A DNA stretch of 64,000 bases from Candidatus Falkowbacteria bacterium (GTDB taxonomy: Bacteria > Patescibacteriota > Patescibacteriia > JAACEG01), in NCBI GenBank assembly GCA_018651725.1, contig JABIDK010000014.1:70625-134624 (forward strand), read 5' to 3'. Each line of letters opens with the position of its first letter. Within the stretch, counting starts at the first letter, position 1. The notes under the pieces are model-generated. The model worked only from the letters and a program-made list of their open reading frames with translations, had not been told where the DNA came from and made no database searches. The position numbers were made by a program, and so were the translations under genes. This document shows, in pieces, positions 20,515 through 27,438 of the stretch.

Positions 20515-21447
20515 ATGTCAACTCAAAATAAAATTCAAAAATTGATTACAGAGTTTTTAGAGTATTTAGAGATTGAACGGGGAGTGTCGCTTAAGACTAT
20601 CCGGAACTATAAGTTTTATTTGGAGAGGTTTGTTGGTTTTTTAGAAATTACTTCTCCTAGCCAAATTACTTTAGAGAGCGTGAAAAGATTTCGGCTTTGG
20701 CTAAACAGGCAGAAGAATTTTAAAGGTGATACTTTGAAGAAATCTACACAGAATTATCACTTGATTGCTATTCGAAATTTTTTAAAATATTTAGCTCGGT
20801 TAGATATAAAAAGTTTAGCTCCGGAAAAAATAGAACTATCAAAACTTGGTGAGCGAATAGTGGAGTTTTTAATAAAAGAAGATTTGGAGCGATTTTTAGA
20901 AGCTCCATTAAAAACAGATAACCTATCTATCATCAAAAAAAGAGATAAAGCGATCTTAGAACTGTTTTTTTCTACCGGACTTCGTGTTTCCGAACTTGCT
21001 AGTTTAACCAAAGAATCAATAAATTTAAAAAGAGACGAATTTACGATTCGAGGAAAGGGCGATAAACCTAGAATTGTTTTTTTATCTGAAGTAGCAAAAA
21101 AATATATTAAAGAGTATTTAGACATTAGGCCAGACATGAGCCCATATCTTTTTGTTCGTCACGATAAAGCTTCAAAGAGGATTCAGAACCAAGAAGATAA
21201 TTCTTTAACTCCAAGATCAATCGAAAGGTTAGTTCAAAAATACGCGCGTCTTGCCGGTATTACCAAAAAAGTGACTCCGCACACAATTCGGCACAGTTTT
21301 GCCACTGATTTATTATATAACGGAGCTGACATCAGAAGCGTGCAGTCTATGCTCGGGCACTCTTCAATCACAACAACTCAAATCTACACTCATATTACAA
21401 ACAGACAGTTAAAAGAAGTCCACAAAAAATTTCACGATAAAAAATAA
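20515..21447 (+). CDS. xerC: Tyrosine recombinase of the XerC/XerD (phage integrase) family
   Basis: 310 aa with an N-terminal SAM-like domain. The catalytic box is R..HTIRHSFAT...GHSSITTTQIYTH. Confidence 0.85.
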   Translation: MSTQNKIQKLITEFLEYLEIERGVSLKTIRNYKFYLERFVGFLEITSPSQITLESVKRFRLWLNRQKNFKGDTLKKSTQNYHLIAIRNFLKYLARLDIKSLAPEKIELSKLGERIVEFLIKEDLERFLEAPLKTDNLSIIKKRDKAILELFFSTGLRVSELASLTKESINLKRDEFTIRGKGDKPRIVFLSEVAKKYIKEYLDIRPDMSPYLFVRHDKASKRIQNQEDNSLTPRSIERLVQKYARLAGITKKVTPHTIRHSFATDLLYNGADIRSVQSMLGHSSITTTQIYTHITNRQLKEVHKKFHDKK

Positions 21448-21448
21448 G

Positions 21449-22288
21449 ATGAAACAAGCCTACTTTATTTTTACAATTTTAATTTGCTTGCCCCTTATCG
21501 GGGTTTTTATTTTTCAGAATAATAACTTTGATAAAGAGCTTGTTTTAATGTACGATGAATTACTTTTTGATTTTGAGAAGCTGGCGAAGACAAGCTTAAA
21601 GCCTGATCAGGTTTTAGATAAAAAAATTGAGAATACGTCCGAAGACGAAAACAAAAAAGATGAAAACATTAAAGAAAAAGAAGAAAAAATCGAGTTTGAA
21701 GTTTTACCAAATAAAATTCATTACAACGTTCCTTTTACCTCGCAAGCCCCATTTCGTGATTGGAGTTATCCGTGGCAAGAGTTTTGTGAGGAGGCAGCGG
21801 TTTTGATTACTATGAGATATTTTGATGGTCGGGGAATTAAAGATAAAGATGATGCTAATGATGCTTTGCAGGAAATTATGAAATGGGAAAATGAAAACCT
21901 TGGTTTTTATAAAGATACAACTGCGACAACAACTATGAAAATCATTACTGATTTTTACGAATATGATAATGTAGAATTAAGTCATGACACAACAATAGAA
22001 AAAATAAAACAAGAATTAGCTAAAGGTAATTTAATCATAATTCCAACGGCCGGGCGTAATTTGGAAAACCCATATTTTACTCCACCTGGACCGATTTATC
22101 ATAATTTAGTGTTAGTAGGCTACGATAATGAAAAACAAATTTTTTACACCAACGACCCCGGAATAATGAGCGGTAAAGATTTTAAGTACAGTTATAAAAA
22201 TATAATAGAATCAATAGCTGATTGGAGCTACGAGAAAGAAACTATTGATAAATCAAGAAAAGTTATGATAATTGTGCGAGGTGGTTAA
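21449..22288 (+). CDS. Secreted peptidase C39-like domain protein
   Basis: 279 aa with an N-terminal transmembrane/signal segment. Cys (QEFCEEAAV) and His (HNLVLVGYD) spacing is as in Peptidase_C39_2-type proteins. Confidence 0.5.
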   Translation: MKQAYFIFTILICLPLIGVFIFQNNNFDKELVLMYDELLFDFEKLAKTSLKPDQVLDKKIENTSEDENKKDENIKEKEEKIEFEVLPNKIHYNVPFTSQAPFRDWSYPWQEFCEEAAVLITMRYFDGRGIKDKDDANDALQEIMKWENENLGFYKDTTATTTMKIITDFYEYDNVELSHDTTIEKIKQELAKGNLIIIPTAGRNLENPYFTPPGPIYHNLVLVGYDNEKQIFYTNDPGIMSGKDFKYSYKNIIESIADWSYEKETIDKSRKVMIIVRGG

Positions 22289-22360
22289 AATATTTAAGTA
22301 TTGATTTTTTGAAATTATGTTGTATAGTTTTAATTAAGATGTTTAATAATAACTTCACAT

Positions 22361-24337
22361 ATGGAAAATCCAAATTTTTTAAAACAAAAATACAACTTAC
22401 ACAACACTCCGGAAGCAGATTCAGCCGCCAAAAGAACAAAAAAAAGAACAGGCGAAAAAGTTTCTCAAAAGCCGGGCGAGAAAATACAGAATTATTTAGA
22501 TAGATTCAATGAAATTATCGAACGCAAAGATCCGGACAAAAAAGAACGAGGCATTGGAGCGCTTAAAAGAATACTCCATAATAAATTTGTTCTTAAAGAG
22601 GATGAGATTCCGCAAACATATTACAATTTACAAGGCGAAATCGCCGTAGAGGAAGGCAGGACACAGGAGCTTATTGATAGTGGCGTAGAAATAGAAAATA
22701 AAAAAACTAAAAACAAGAAAGGTGAAGAAATTGAAGAAAAAGAATTTATTTTTCCAAATAAGATAAAAAAGGAATTATCAGAAGTCATTATTGCCGATCA
22801 AGAAAGCACTATGGATAACTGGATTGATTATTTATCATCAGATGATGCTCAATATCCTGATTGGCTTAAGTATTATGCTTTTCGAAATATGCTTAACTTA
22901 GGTAAATACGACAAGGAAAGAAAAAAGTTTCCGCCAAGAGAGCTTCCTGACCGCTCGGATAAGCCAAAGAAAAAAGAAAATTTAACCACCGCCCCTTTTC
23001 CCGACTTAAATCGTGAAGCCCTGGCTTATGTTTTGGATGCAATCGAAAAGAAGCATAAAAAAGAAGGCATTAACCTGGAATTCCAAGACGAAGAAGAAAA
23101 AAATAATTTTCAAAAAATACTTCAAGGAGAAAATTTTGCCAAGCTCTACGCCTGGGCGATTGAAAAAGTAACTCCGGCCTCACAAGAAGTCTTGGAAACC
23201 GTCAAGGGCAAATGGATAAAATACGACCAAGGCACAGATCATATGCCTTTGGTTAACTCTCTCCAGGGCCACGGCACTGGCTGGTGCACAGCCGGAGAAT
23301 CAACTGCTCGGACCCAATTACAAGGAGGAGATTTTTATGTTTTTTACTCTGAAGATGAAAATAATAATCCAATTATTCCTCGCGCCGCTATCAGAATGGA
23401 GGGGCAAAGCAAAATAGCCGAAGTAAGAGGCATTGCCCATGAGCAGAACTTAGACGCTCATATCACAGATACGGTTAAAGAAAAAGTGAGCGAATTCGGA
23501 GAAGAGGGCAAAAAATACGAGAAAAAATCAAAAGACATGAAGCACTTGACTGAAATAGAAAATAAAACTAAAAATAACCAAGAATTAACTAAGGATAATT
23601 TAATTTTTCTCTATGAGATAGATGACCCTATTGAAGGCTTTGGCTACCAAAGAGATCTAAGAATCGAAGAAATCCGAAAGATAAGAGACACGGAAAAAGA
23701 TGCATCTATTGTTTTTGAATGCGACTCAAATCAAATCGCCAAAAACATAAGCGAAATAAACGAAAACACCGAAGCCTATATCGGAGAGTGGGATCCAAGT
23801 ATCTATCAAGAAATCAGAAAATACCCAAACATCAAACATCTTTACGAATCTTTTCCGGATAAAAAGATATTCAAGATGAATTTGGAGACTGATCCAAGTA
23901 TCAATTCTCCTCAAACCGCCCTAGAAGCGCTGGAAGGCGAAAATATATATTTAACAAACTGGGCAAAGGATATTTTAAAAGAAACTAAGTTCAGTAAAGA
24001 AAAACAAAACCAAAACCACGAATTAGTCAGATTTACAGTTAAAGAGCTTGGATTTCCAAACGGAGCAACAACCAAAGAAATTTACGATAAACTAGAAGAG
24101 CTTGGGCTGGATCTTTGCCCAACTGAAACAGGACCACAGCTCAGGCTAAAGTATCCGGGCAAAGAGTGGATGTTGATTGCCATGGAACCGATTGCCGACT
24201 CCGATGGCGATCCGGACGTGTTCGATCTGCGCGGGGCTTACGGGCAGCTGGGGCTCCTTGCCCATGACGCTCGGCCCGGCGACAGGTGGCGTCCAGGCGA
24301 CAGGTTCGTCTTCCGTCCCCGCAAGTTGGATTCTTAG
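22361..24337 (+). CDS. DGR target protein; C-terminal about 45 aa form the variable region
   Basis: 658 aa. The 3' 135 nt are a GC-rich repeat with a near-identical copy 476 nt downstream (the TR). The C-terminus ...RGAYGQLGLLAHDARPGDRWRPGDRFVFRPRK resembles the end of a C-type-lectin-fold VR. No N-terminal signal peptide is visible. Confidence 0.7.
   Translation: MENPNFLKQKYNLHNTPEADSAAKRTKKRTGEKVSQKPGEKIQNYLDRFNEIIERKDPDKKERGIGALKRILHNKFVLKEDEIPQTYYNLQGEIAVEEGRTQELIDSGVEIENKKTKNKKGEEIEEKEFIFPNKIKKELSEVIIADQESTMDNWIDYLSSDDAQYPDWLKYYAFRNMLNLGKYDKERKKFPPRELPDRSDKPKKKENLTTAPFPDLNREALAYVLDAIEKKHKKEGINLEFQDEEEKNNFQKILQGENFAKLYAWAIEKVTPASQEVLETVKGKWIKYDQGTDHMPLVNSLQGHGTGWCTAGESTARTQLQGGDFYVFYSEDENNNPIIPRAAIRMEGQSKIAEVRGIAHEQNLDAHITDTVKEKVSEFGEEGKKYEKKSKDMKHLTEIENKTKNNQELTKDNLIFLYEIDDPIEGFGYQRDLRIEEIRKIRDTEKDASIVFECDSNQIAKNISEINENTEAYIGEWDPSIYQEIRKYPNIKHLYESFPDKKIFKMNLETDPSINSPQTALEALEGENIYLTNWAKDILKETKFSKEKQNQNHELVRFTVKELGFPNGATTKEIYDKLEELGLDLCPTETGPQLRLKYPGKEWMLIAMEPIADSDGDPDVFDLRGAYGQLGLLAHDARPGDRWRPGDRFVFRPRKLDS
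24191..24325 (+). repeat. DGR variable repeat (VR)
   Basis: About 135 nt. It aligns with 24667..24801 with roughly 22 differences. In every one the TR base is A and the VR base is G, C or T. Confidence 0.8.
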
Positions 24338-24386
24338 AAACTTTGAACCTTTGTATTTTTTGAAATTTGGACACTTTGACATTTTT

Positions 24387-24408
24387 CCGCCGCCAGAGGC
24401 GGTCGCTG
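24387..24408 (+). other. GC-rich hairpin (CCGCC-AGA-GGCGG) downstream of VR
   Basis: TCCGCCGCCAGAGGCGGTCGC sits in an AT-rich spacer about 60 nt after the VR end. It is a candidate DGR-associated stem-loop. Confidence 0.3.
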
Positions 24409-24666
24409 TAATTTTTAAGATTGACGATATTTTGCTATAATGAAATTAGCTTGATTTTATCAGGCGGTTACGGCTTCCTGAGATTTGGCTGGCAAATATG
24501 GATTTAGAGTGCAAGCGGCCATGGCTTTTTGCAGAGTGATTTATATTTTGTCTTTAAAAAAGAAATTAACTTTGTGTATCGCGCTAAGGCATTTAAGATG
24601 TCGGATAAAATACAGCCAGATCTTTTTTGCATCAGGTCGGCAGTGGCAAATGGAGGTGCGATATAC

Positions 24667-24801
24667 ATTACCGACTCCGATGGCGATCCGAACGTGTTCA
24701 ATCTGAACGAGAATAACGGGCAGCTGAAGCTCAATGCCAATGACGCTAAGCCCGGCAACAGGTGGAATCAAGGCAACAGGTTCGTCTTCCGTCCCCGAAA
24801 G
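24667..24801 (+). repeat. DGR template repeat (TR)
   Basis: It is rich in AAC/AAT codons (aac gtg ttc aat ctg aac gag aat aac ...). All mismatches to the VR fall at TR adenines. Confidence 0.8.
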
Positions 24802-24819
24802 TCGTTTCTTTTTCCGCGG

Positions 24820-25224
24820 TTACCTAAAATTGCGGTTTTTCTTTTCAAAGTTTTTTAGACTATTTTTCCAACCCCCAAACATTTTACCGATTTCATCCAA
24901 CTTGAAAACAATTTCTTCATATTGTTTATTTGAAATAAATTTTGCTTCCCAAGCAACATGAATCAAAAATTTAAGCGTATCTAAAATAAGGATACACTTT
25001 GAAATTTTATCCATCTTCGTTTCTTTTTTAGAAAAATATGCGATATAGGAAATTTCAAGCAAATCAAGAAATTTATTTTCAATTCTAGCGCCAATGGTAA
25101 AGCGCGCAGTTTTCTTAATATGAGGAACAATATTAATCCAAATCAAATATCCCTCTTTGATGCGTTGCAAAATAGAAGATTTATCGAGAGAGAGAGAGAG
25201 AGAGAGAGTAAAAGGCTTCGCCAT
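24820..25224 (-). CDS. avd: Avd-like accessory variability determinant (four-helix-bundle protein, TIGR02436/23S-IVS family)
   Basis: 134 aa. ...IVPHIKKTARFTIGARIENKFLDLLEISYIA...FKLDEIGKMFGGW aligns with Bordetella phage bAvd (...IPRKHGVAREMFLKCLLGQVEL...IAEVGRILGSW). It is one of only two minus-strand genes in the window. Confidence 0.7.
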   Translation of the reverse strand: MAKPFTLSLSLSLDKSSILQRIKEGYLIWINIVPHIKKTARFTIGARIENKFLDLLEISYIAYFSKKETKMDKISKCILILDTLKFLIHVAWEAKFISNKQYEEIVFKLDEIGKMFGGWKNSLKNFEKKNRNFR

Positions 25225-26193
25225 ATTTACAATAATATCATTTCTTTTGATAATTTGCTAATTTCCTGGCAGGAATTTTTGCGAGGGAAAAGAAAAAGAA
25301 AGGATGTCGCGGAATTTCAACTTAATTTTAGTGATAACGTTTTACAGCTTCATCATAATCTTCAAAATAAGACATATAATCATGGTGCTTACCAGGCGTT
25401 TAAAATAAACGATCCGAAGCCAAGAAATATCCATAAAGCTAGCGTGCGAGATCGGATGGTACATCACGCGATTTATAGAATTCTATATCCTTATTTTGAT
25501 AGAAAATTTATTTATGATTCTTATTCTTGTAGAATTAATAAAGGGACACATAGGGCAATAAATAGATTTCGGGATTTTAGCTATAAAGTTTCAAAAAATA
25601 ATATCCGTATTTGTTGGATTTTAAAATGCGACATCAAAAAATTTTTTGCCAGCATTGATCATAAAATTTTGAAAGATATTTTAGAAAAATATATAGCGGA
25701 CAAAAACGCTTTGTGGTTGCTCTTGCGAGTTATAGATAGTTTTAGCAGTAAAAATAAAATAGGAGTCGGCTTGCCGCTTGGAAATTTAACTTCACAACTT
25801 TTAGTAAATATTTATATGAACGAGTTTGACCAGTTTATGAAGCGTGAAATTAAAGCAAAATATTATATCCGCTATGCCGATGATTTTGTTATAATAAGTG
25901 AAAATAAAAAATATTTGGAGGATCTTATTCCAAAAATTTCAAAATTTCTTGAAGAAAAATTAAAGCTCTCACTTCATCCAAATAAATTATTTATCAAAAC
26001 GTTAAATTCCGGAGTTGATTTTTTGGGTTGGGTTAATTTTTCTTATCATCGGGTATTGAGGACGACAACAAAAAGGAGAATGATTAAAAAAGTTACATTG
26101 AAACATAATACGGAATCAATTGCTTCATATTTAGGAATGCTTTCGCATGGAGATGCTTATAAGCTTTCCGAAGAAATTTTATCTAATTTATAA
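25120..26193 (+). CDS. DGR reverse transcriptase (bounds of the ORF from the first ATG; the real start is probably near 25225-25255)
   Basis: LISWQEFLRGKRKRK...KPRNIHKASVRDRMVHHA...SYSCRINKGTHRA...GLPLGNLTSQLLVNIYMNEFD...IRYADDFVII is collinear with Bordetella phage Brt, including the YxDD box. Homology to Brt begins at about codon 36 of the ORF, and there is no in-frame ATG there. Confidence 0.8.
   Translation: MRNNINPNQISLFDALQNRRFIERERERESKRLRHIYNNIISFDNLLISWQEFLRGKRKRKDVAEFQLNFSDNVLQLHHNLQNKTYNHGAYQAFKINDPKPRNIHKASVRDRMVHHAIYRILYPYFDRKFIYDSYSCRINKGTHRAINRFRDFSYKVSKNNIRICWILKCDIKKFFASIDHKILKDILEKYIADKNALWLLLRVIDSFSSKNKIGVGLPLGNLTSQLLVNIYMNEFDQFMKREIKAKYYIRYADDFVIISENKKYLEDLIPKISKFLEEKLKLSLHPNKLFIKTLNSGVDFLGWVNFSYHRVLRTTTKRRMIKKVTLKHNTESIASYLGMLSHGDAYKLSEEILSNL
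25186..25208. repeat. (GA)11 dinucleotide microsatellite, which is (TC)11 on the avd coding strand
   Basis: gagagagagagagagagagagag read directly. It encodes LSLSLSL at codons 7-13 of avd, and ERERERE in the upstream extension of the RT ORF. Confidence 0.95.
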
Positions 26194-26270
26194 TTAAAAT
26201 AAATTTATAATTGAAGTCAAAGCACCTCATTTTATTCGTTGATTAACAGATTTGGTCATATTAGTTGGTA

Positions 26271-26299
26271 TTGACATTTAGCTAAAATTGTGCTAAATT
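26271..26299 (+). promoter_or_regulatory. Sigma70-like promoter upstream of tRNA-Arg
   Basis: TTGACA, a 17-nt spacer, then TAAATT preceded by an extended TG. It lies 14 nt upstream of the tRNA. Confidence 0.4.
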
Positions 26300-26312
26300 G
26301 TTTTTATTGTTT

Positions 26313-26384
26313 GCGCCCGTAGTTCAACGGATAGAACACCAGCCTTCTAAGCTGGTTATGGGGGTTCGATTCCCTCCGGGCGTA
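26313..26384 (+). tRNA. tRNA-Arg (anticodon TCT)
   Basis: Manual cloverleaf. Acceptor GCGCCCG/CGGGCGT, D-stem GTTC/GAAC, anticodon stem CCAGC/GCTGG with loop CTTCTAA, T-arm GGGGG-TTCGATT-CCCTC. 72 nt, no encoded CCA. Confidence 0.85.
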
Positions 26385-26454
26385 CTGAGTATTTTATAAA
26401 ACGGTAGAGCGATAAGAATAACCACAAACCGTTGACTTTACATTTTATATTTTA

Positions 26455-26943
26455 GTGGTATACTTAATATGTATGTCGCAAACAAAATGTAAAATTTGTC
26501 AAAAAGAGTTTTATATTAGGCCTAGTCGTTTAAAGATTGGTTGGGGAAAATATTGCTCAATTAAATGTAGAAACGTTTCACAGCGAACAGGACGATATCT
26601 TTTTTGCGCAGTATGTAAGAAGAAAATATGGAAAACTCCCAAAGAAGAAAGATGTTCAAAGAGCGGAAAATTTTTTTGTAATAAATCTTGTCAAACAAAA
26701 TGGAGAAATAAATATTATTCTAGAGAAAAACACCATTTTTGGATTAATGGTAAAAATGTTTATCGGACAATAATGTTAGAGCAAAAAGATAAGCCAGTTT
26801 GTAAAAAATGTAAAGTTAAAGATGTTAGAGTTTTAGTGGTTCATCACAAGGATCATGATAGGGAAAATAATAAAATAAATAATTTAATGTGGTTATGCAG
26901 AAATTGTCATCATTTAGTACATATTCACGATAAAAAAGTTTAA
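26455..26943 (+). CDS. HNH endonuclease with N-terminal CxxC zinc ribbons
   Basis: 162 aa. It has multiple CxxC pairs and a C-terminal HHKDHDRENNKINNLMWLCRNCHHLVH HNH box. Confidence 0.7.
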   Translation: MVYLICMSQTKCKICQKEFYIRPSRLKIGWGKYCSIKCRNVSQRTGRYLFCAVCKKKIWKTPKEERCSKSGKFFCNKSCQTKWRNKYYSREKHHFWINGKNVYRTIMLEQKDKPVCKKCKVKDVRVLVVHHKDHDRENNKINNLMWLCRNCHHLVHIHDKKV

Positions 26944-26951
26944 TATATCAT

Positions 26952-27025
26952 GGCGGGGTTGGTGAAATTGGTTATCACTCGAGTTTGTGGTACTCGCGTC
27001 ACGGGTTCAAATCCCGTACCTCGCC
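26952..27025 (+). tRNA. tRNA-His (anticodon GTG) with encoded G-1
   Basis: Manual fold. G-1, acceptor GCGGGGT/ACCTCGC (one G:U), D-stem GTGA/TCAC, anticodon stem CGAGT/ACTCG with loop TTGTGGT, T-arm ACGGG-TTCAAAT-CCCGT, discriminator C. Confidence 0.8.
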
Positions 27026-27040
27026 CAGAATTTATAACAT

Positions 27041-27379
27041 ATGATTATTTTAAATTGGTTGATAATGGCTTTGTCAATTTTAATTGCAGCCTATATTGTG
27101 CCAGGGGTAACAATCAGTGGGATTTGGGCGGCTTTGTGGCTGGCGATATTTTTAGCTTTAGTTAATGTTATTTTAAAACCGCTTTTAATTTTAATAACTT
27201 TGCCGATTAATATTTTAACTTTAGGACTTTTTACTTTTGTTATAAATGCTTTGTTAATTTTATTATCATCAACTGTTATAAAAGGTTTTGAAGTTAGTGG
27301 ATTTTTAGCAGCAATATTATTTAGTATTTTGCTTTCAATTATTAGTTATATTTTAGGAGCTTTGATTAAGACAAAATAG
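27041..27379 (+). CDS. Small 4-TM membrane protein, phage-holin-4-like (DUF360/YvlD-type)
   Basis: 112 aa. The Gly/Ala/Leu/Pro pattern (IVPGVTISGIWAALWLAIFLALVNVILKPLL...LTLGLFTF) is typical of the family. Confidence 0.45.
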   Translation: MIILNWLIMALSILIAAYIVPGVTISGIWAALWLAIFLALVNVILKPLLILITLPINILTLGLFTFVINALLILLSSTVIKGFEVSGFLAAILFSILLSIISYILGALIKTK

Positions 27380-27438
27380 TTTTAAATATAGTTTATAGTA
27401 ATGTCCTTTTAAATTTAAGCATAAAACAGGAGGTTGTT

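Noticed and set aside
22309-22503. 64-aa ORF overlapping the start of the DGR target gene.
   Set aside because: It is out of frame with, and overlapped by, the much longer 22361..24337 ORF. It has no features of its own.
24146-24858. ORFs 24146..24382-, 24141..24374-, 24177..24440+, 24485..24706+, 24504..24758- and 24541..24771- around the DGR repeats.
   Set aside because: They are alternative frames across the GC-rich VR/TR repeats, where GC-rich DNA lacks stop codons. The VR frame belonging to the 658-aa target and the TR copy explain the sequence.
25141-25210. The GA microsatellite as a CRISPR-like or other repeat array.
   Set aside because: It is a simple dinucleotide repeat with no spacer structure. 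No CRISPR arrays (regularly spaced 25-40-nt direct repeats) were seen anywhere in the window.
26950-27165. 71-aa ORF beginning MAGLVKLVITRVCGTRVTGSNPVPRPEF.
   Set aside because: It is the translation of tRNA-His (26952..27025). The tRNA cloverleaf fits cleanly, and the overlapping holin-like ORF 27041..27379 accounts for the rest.
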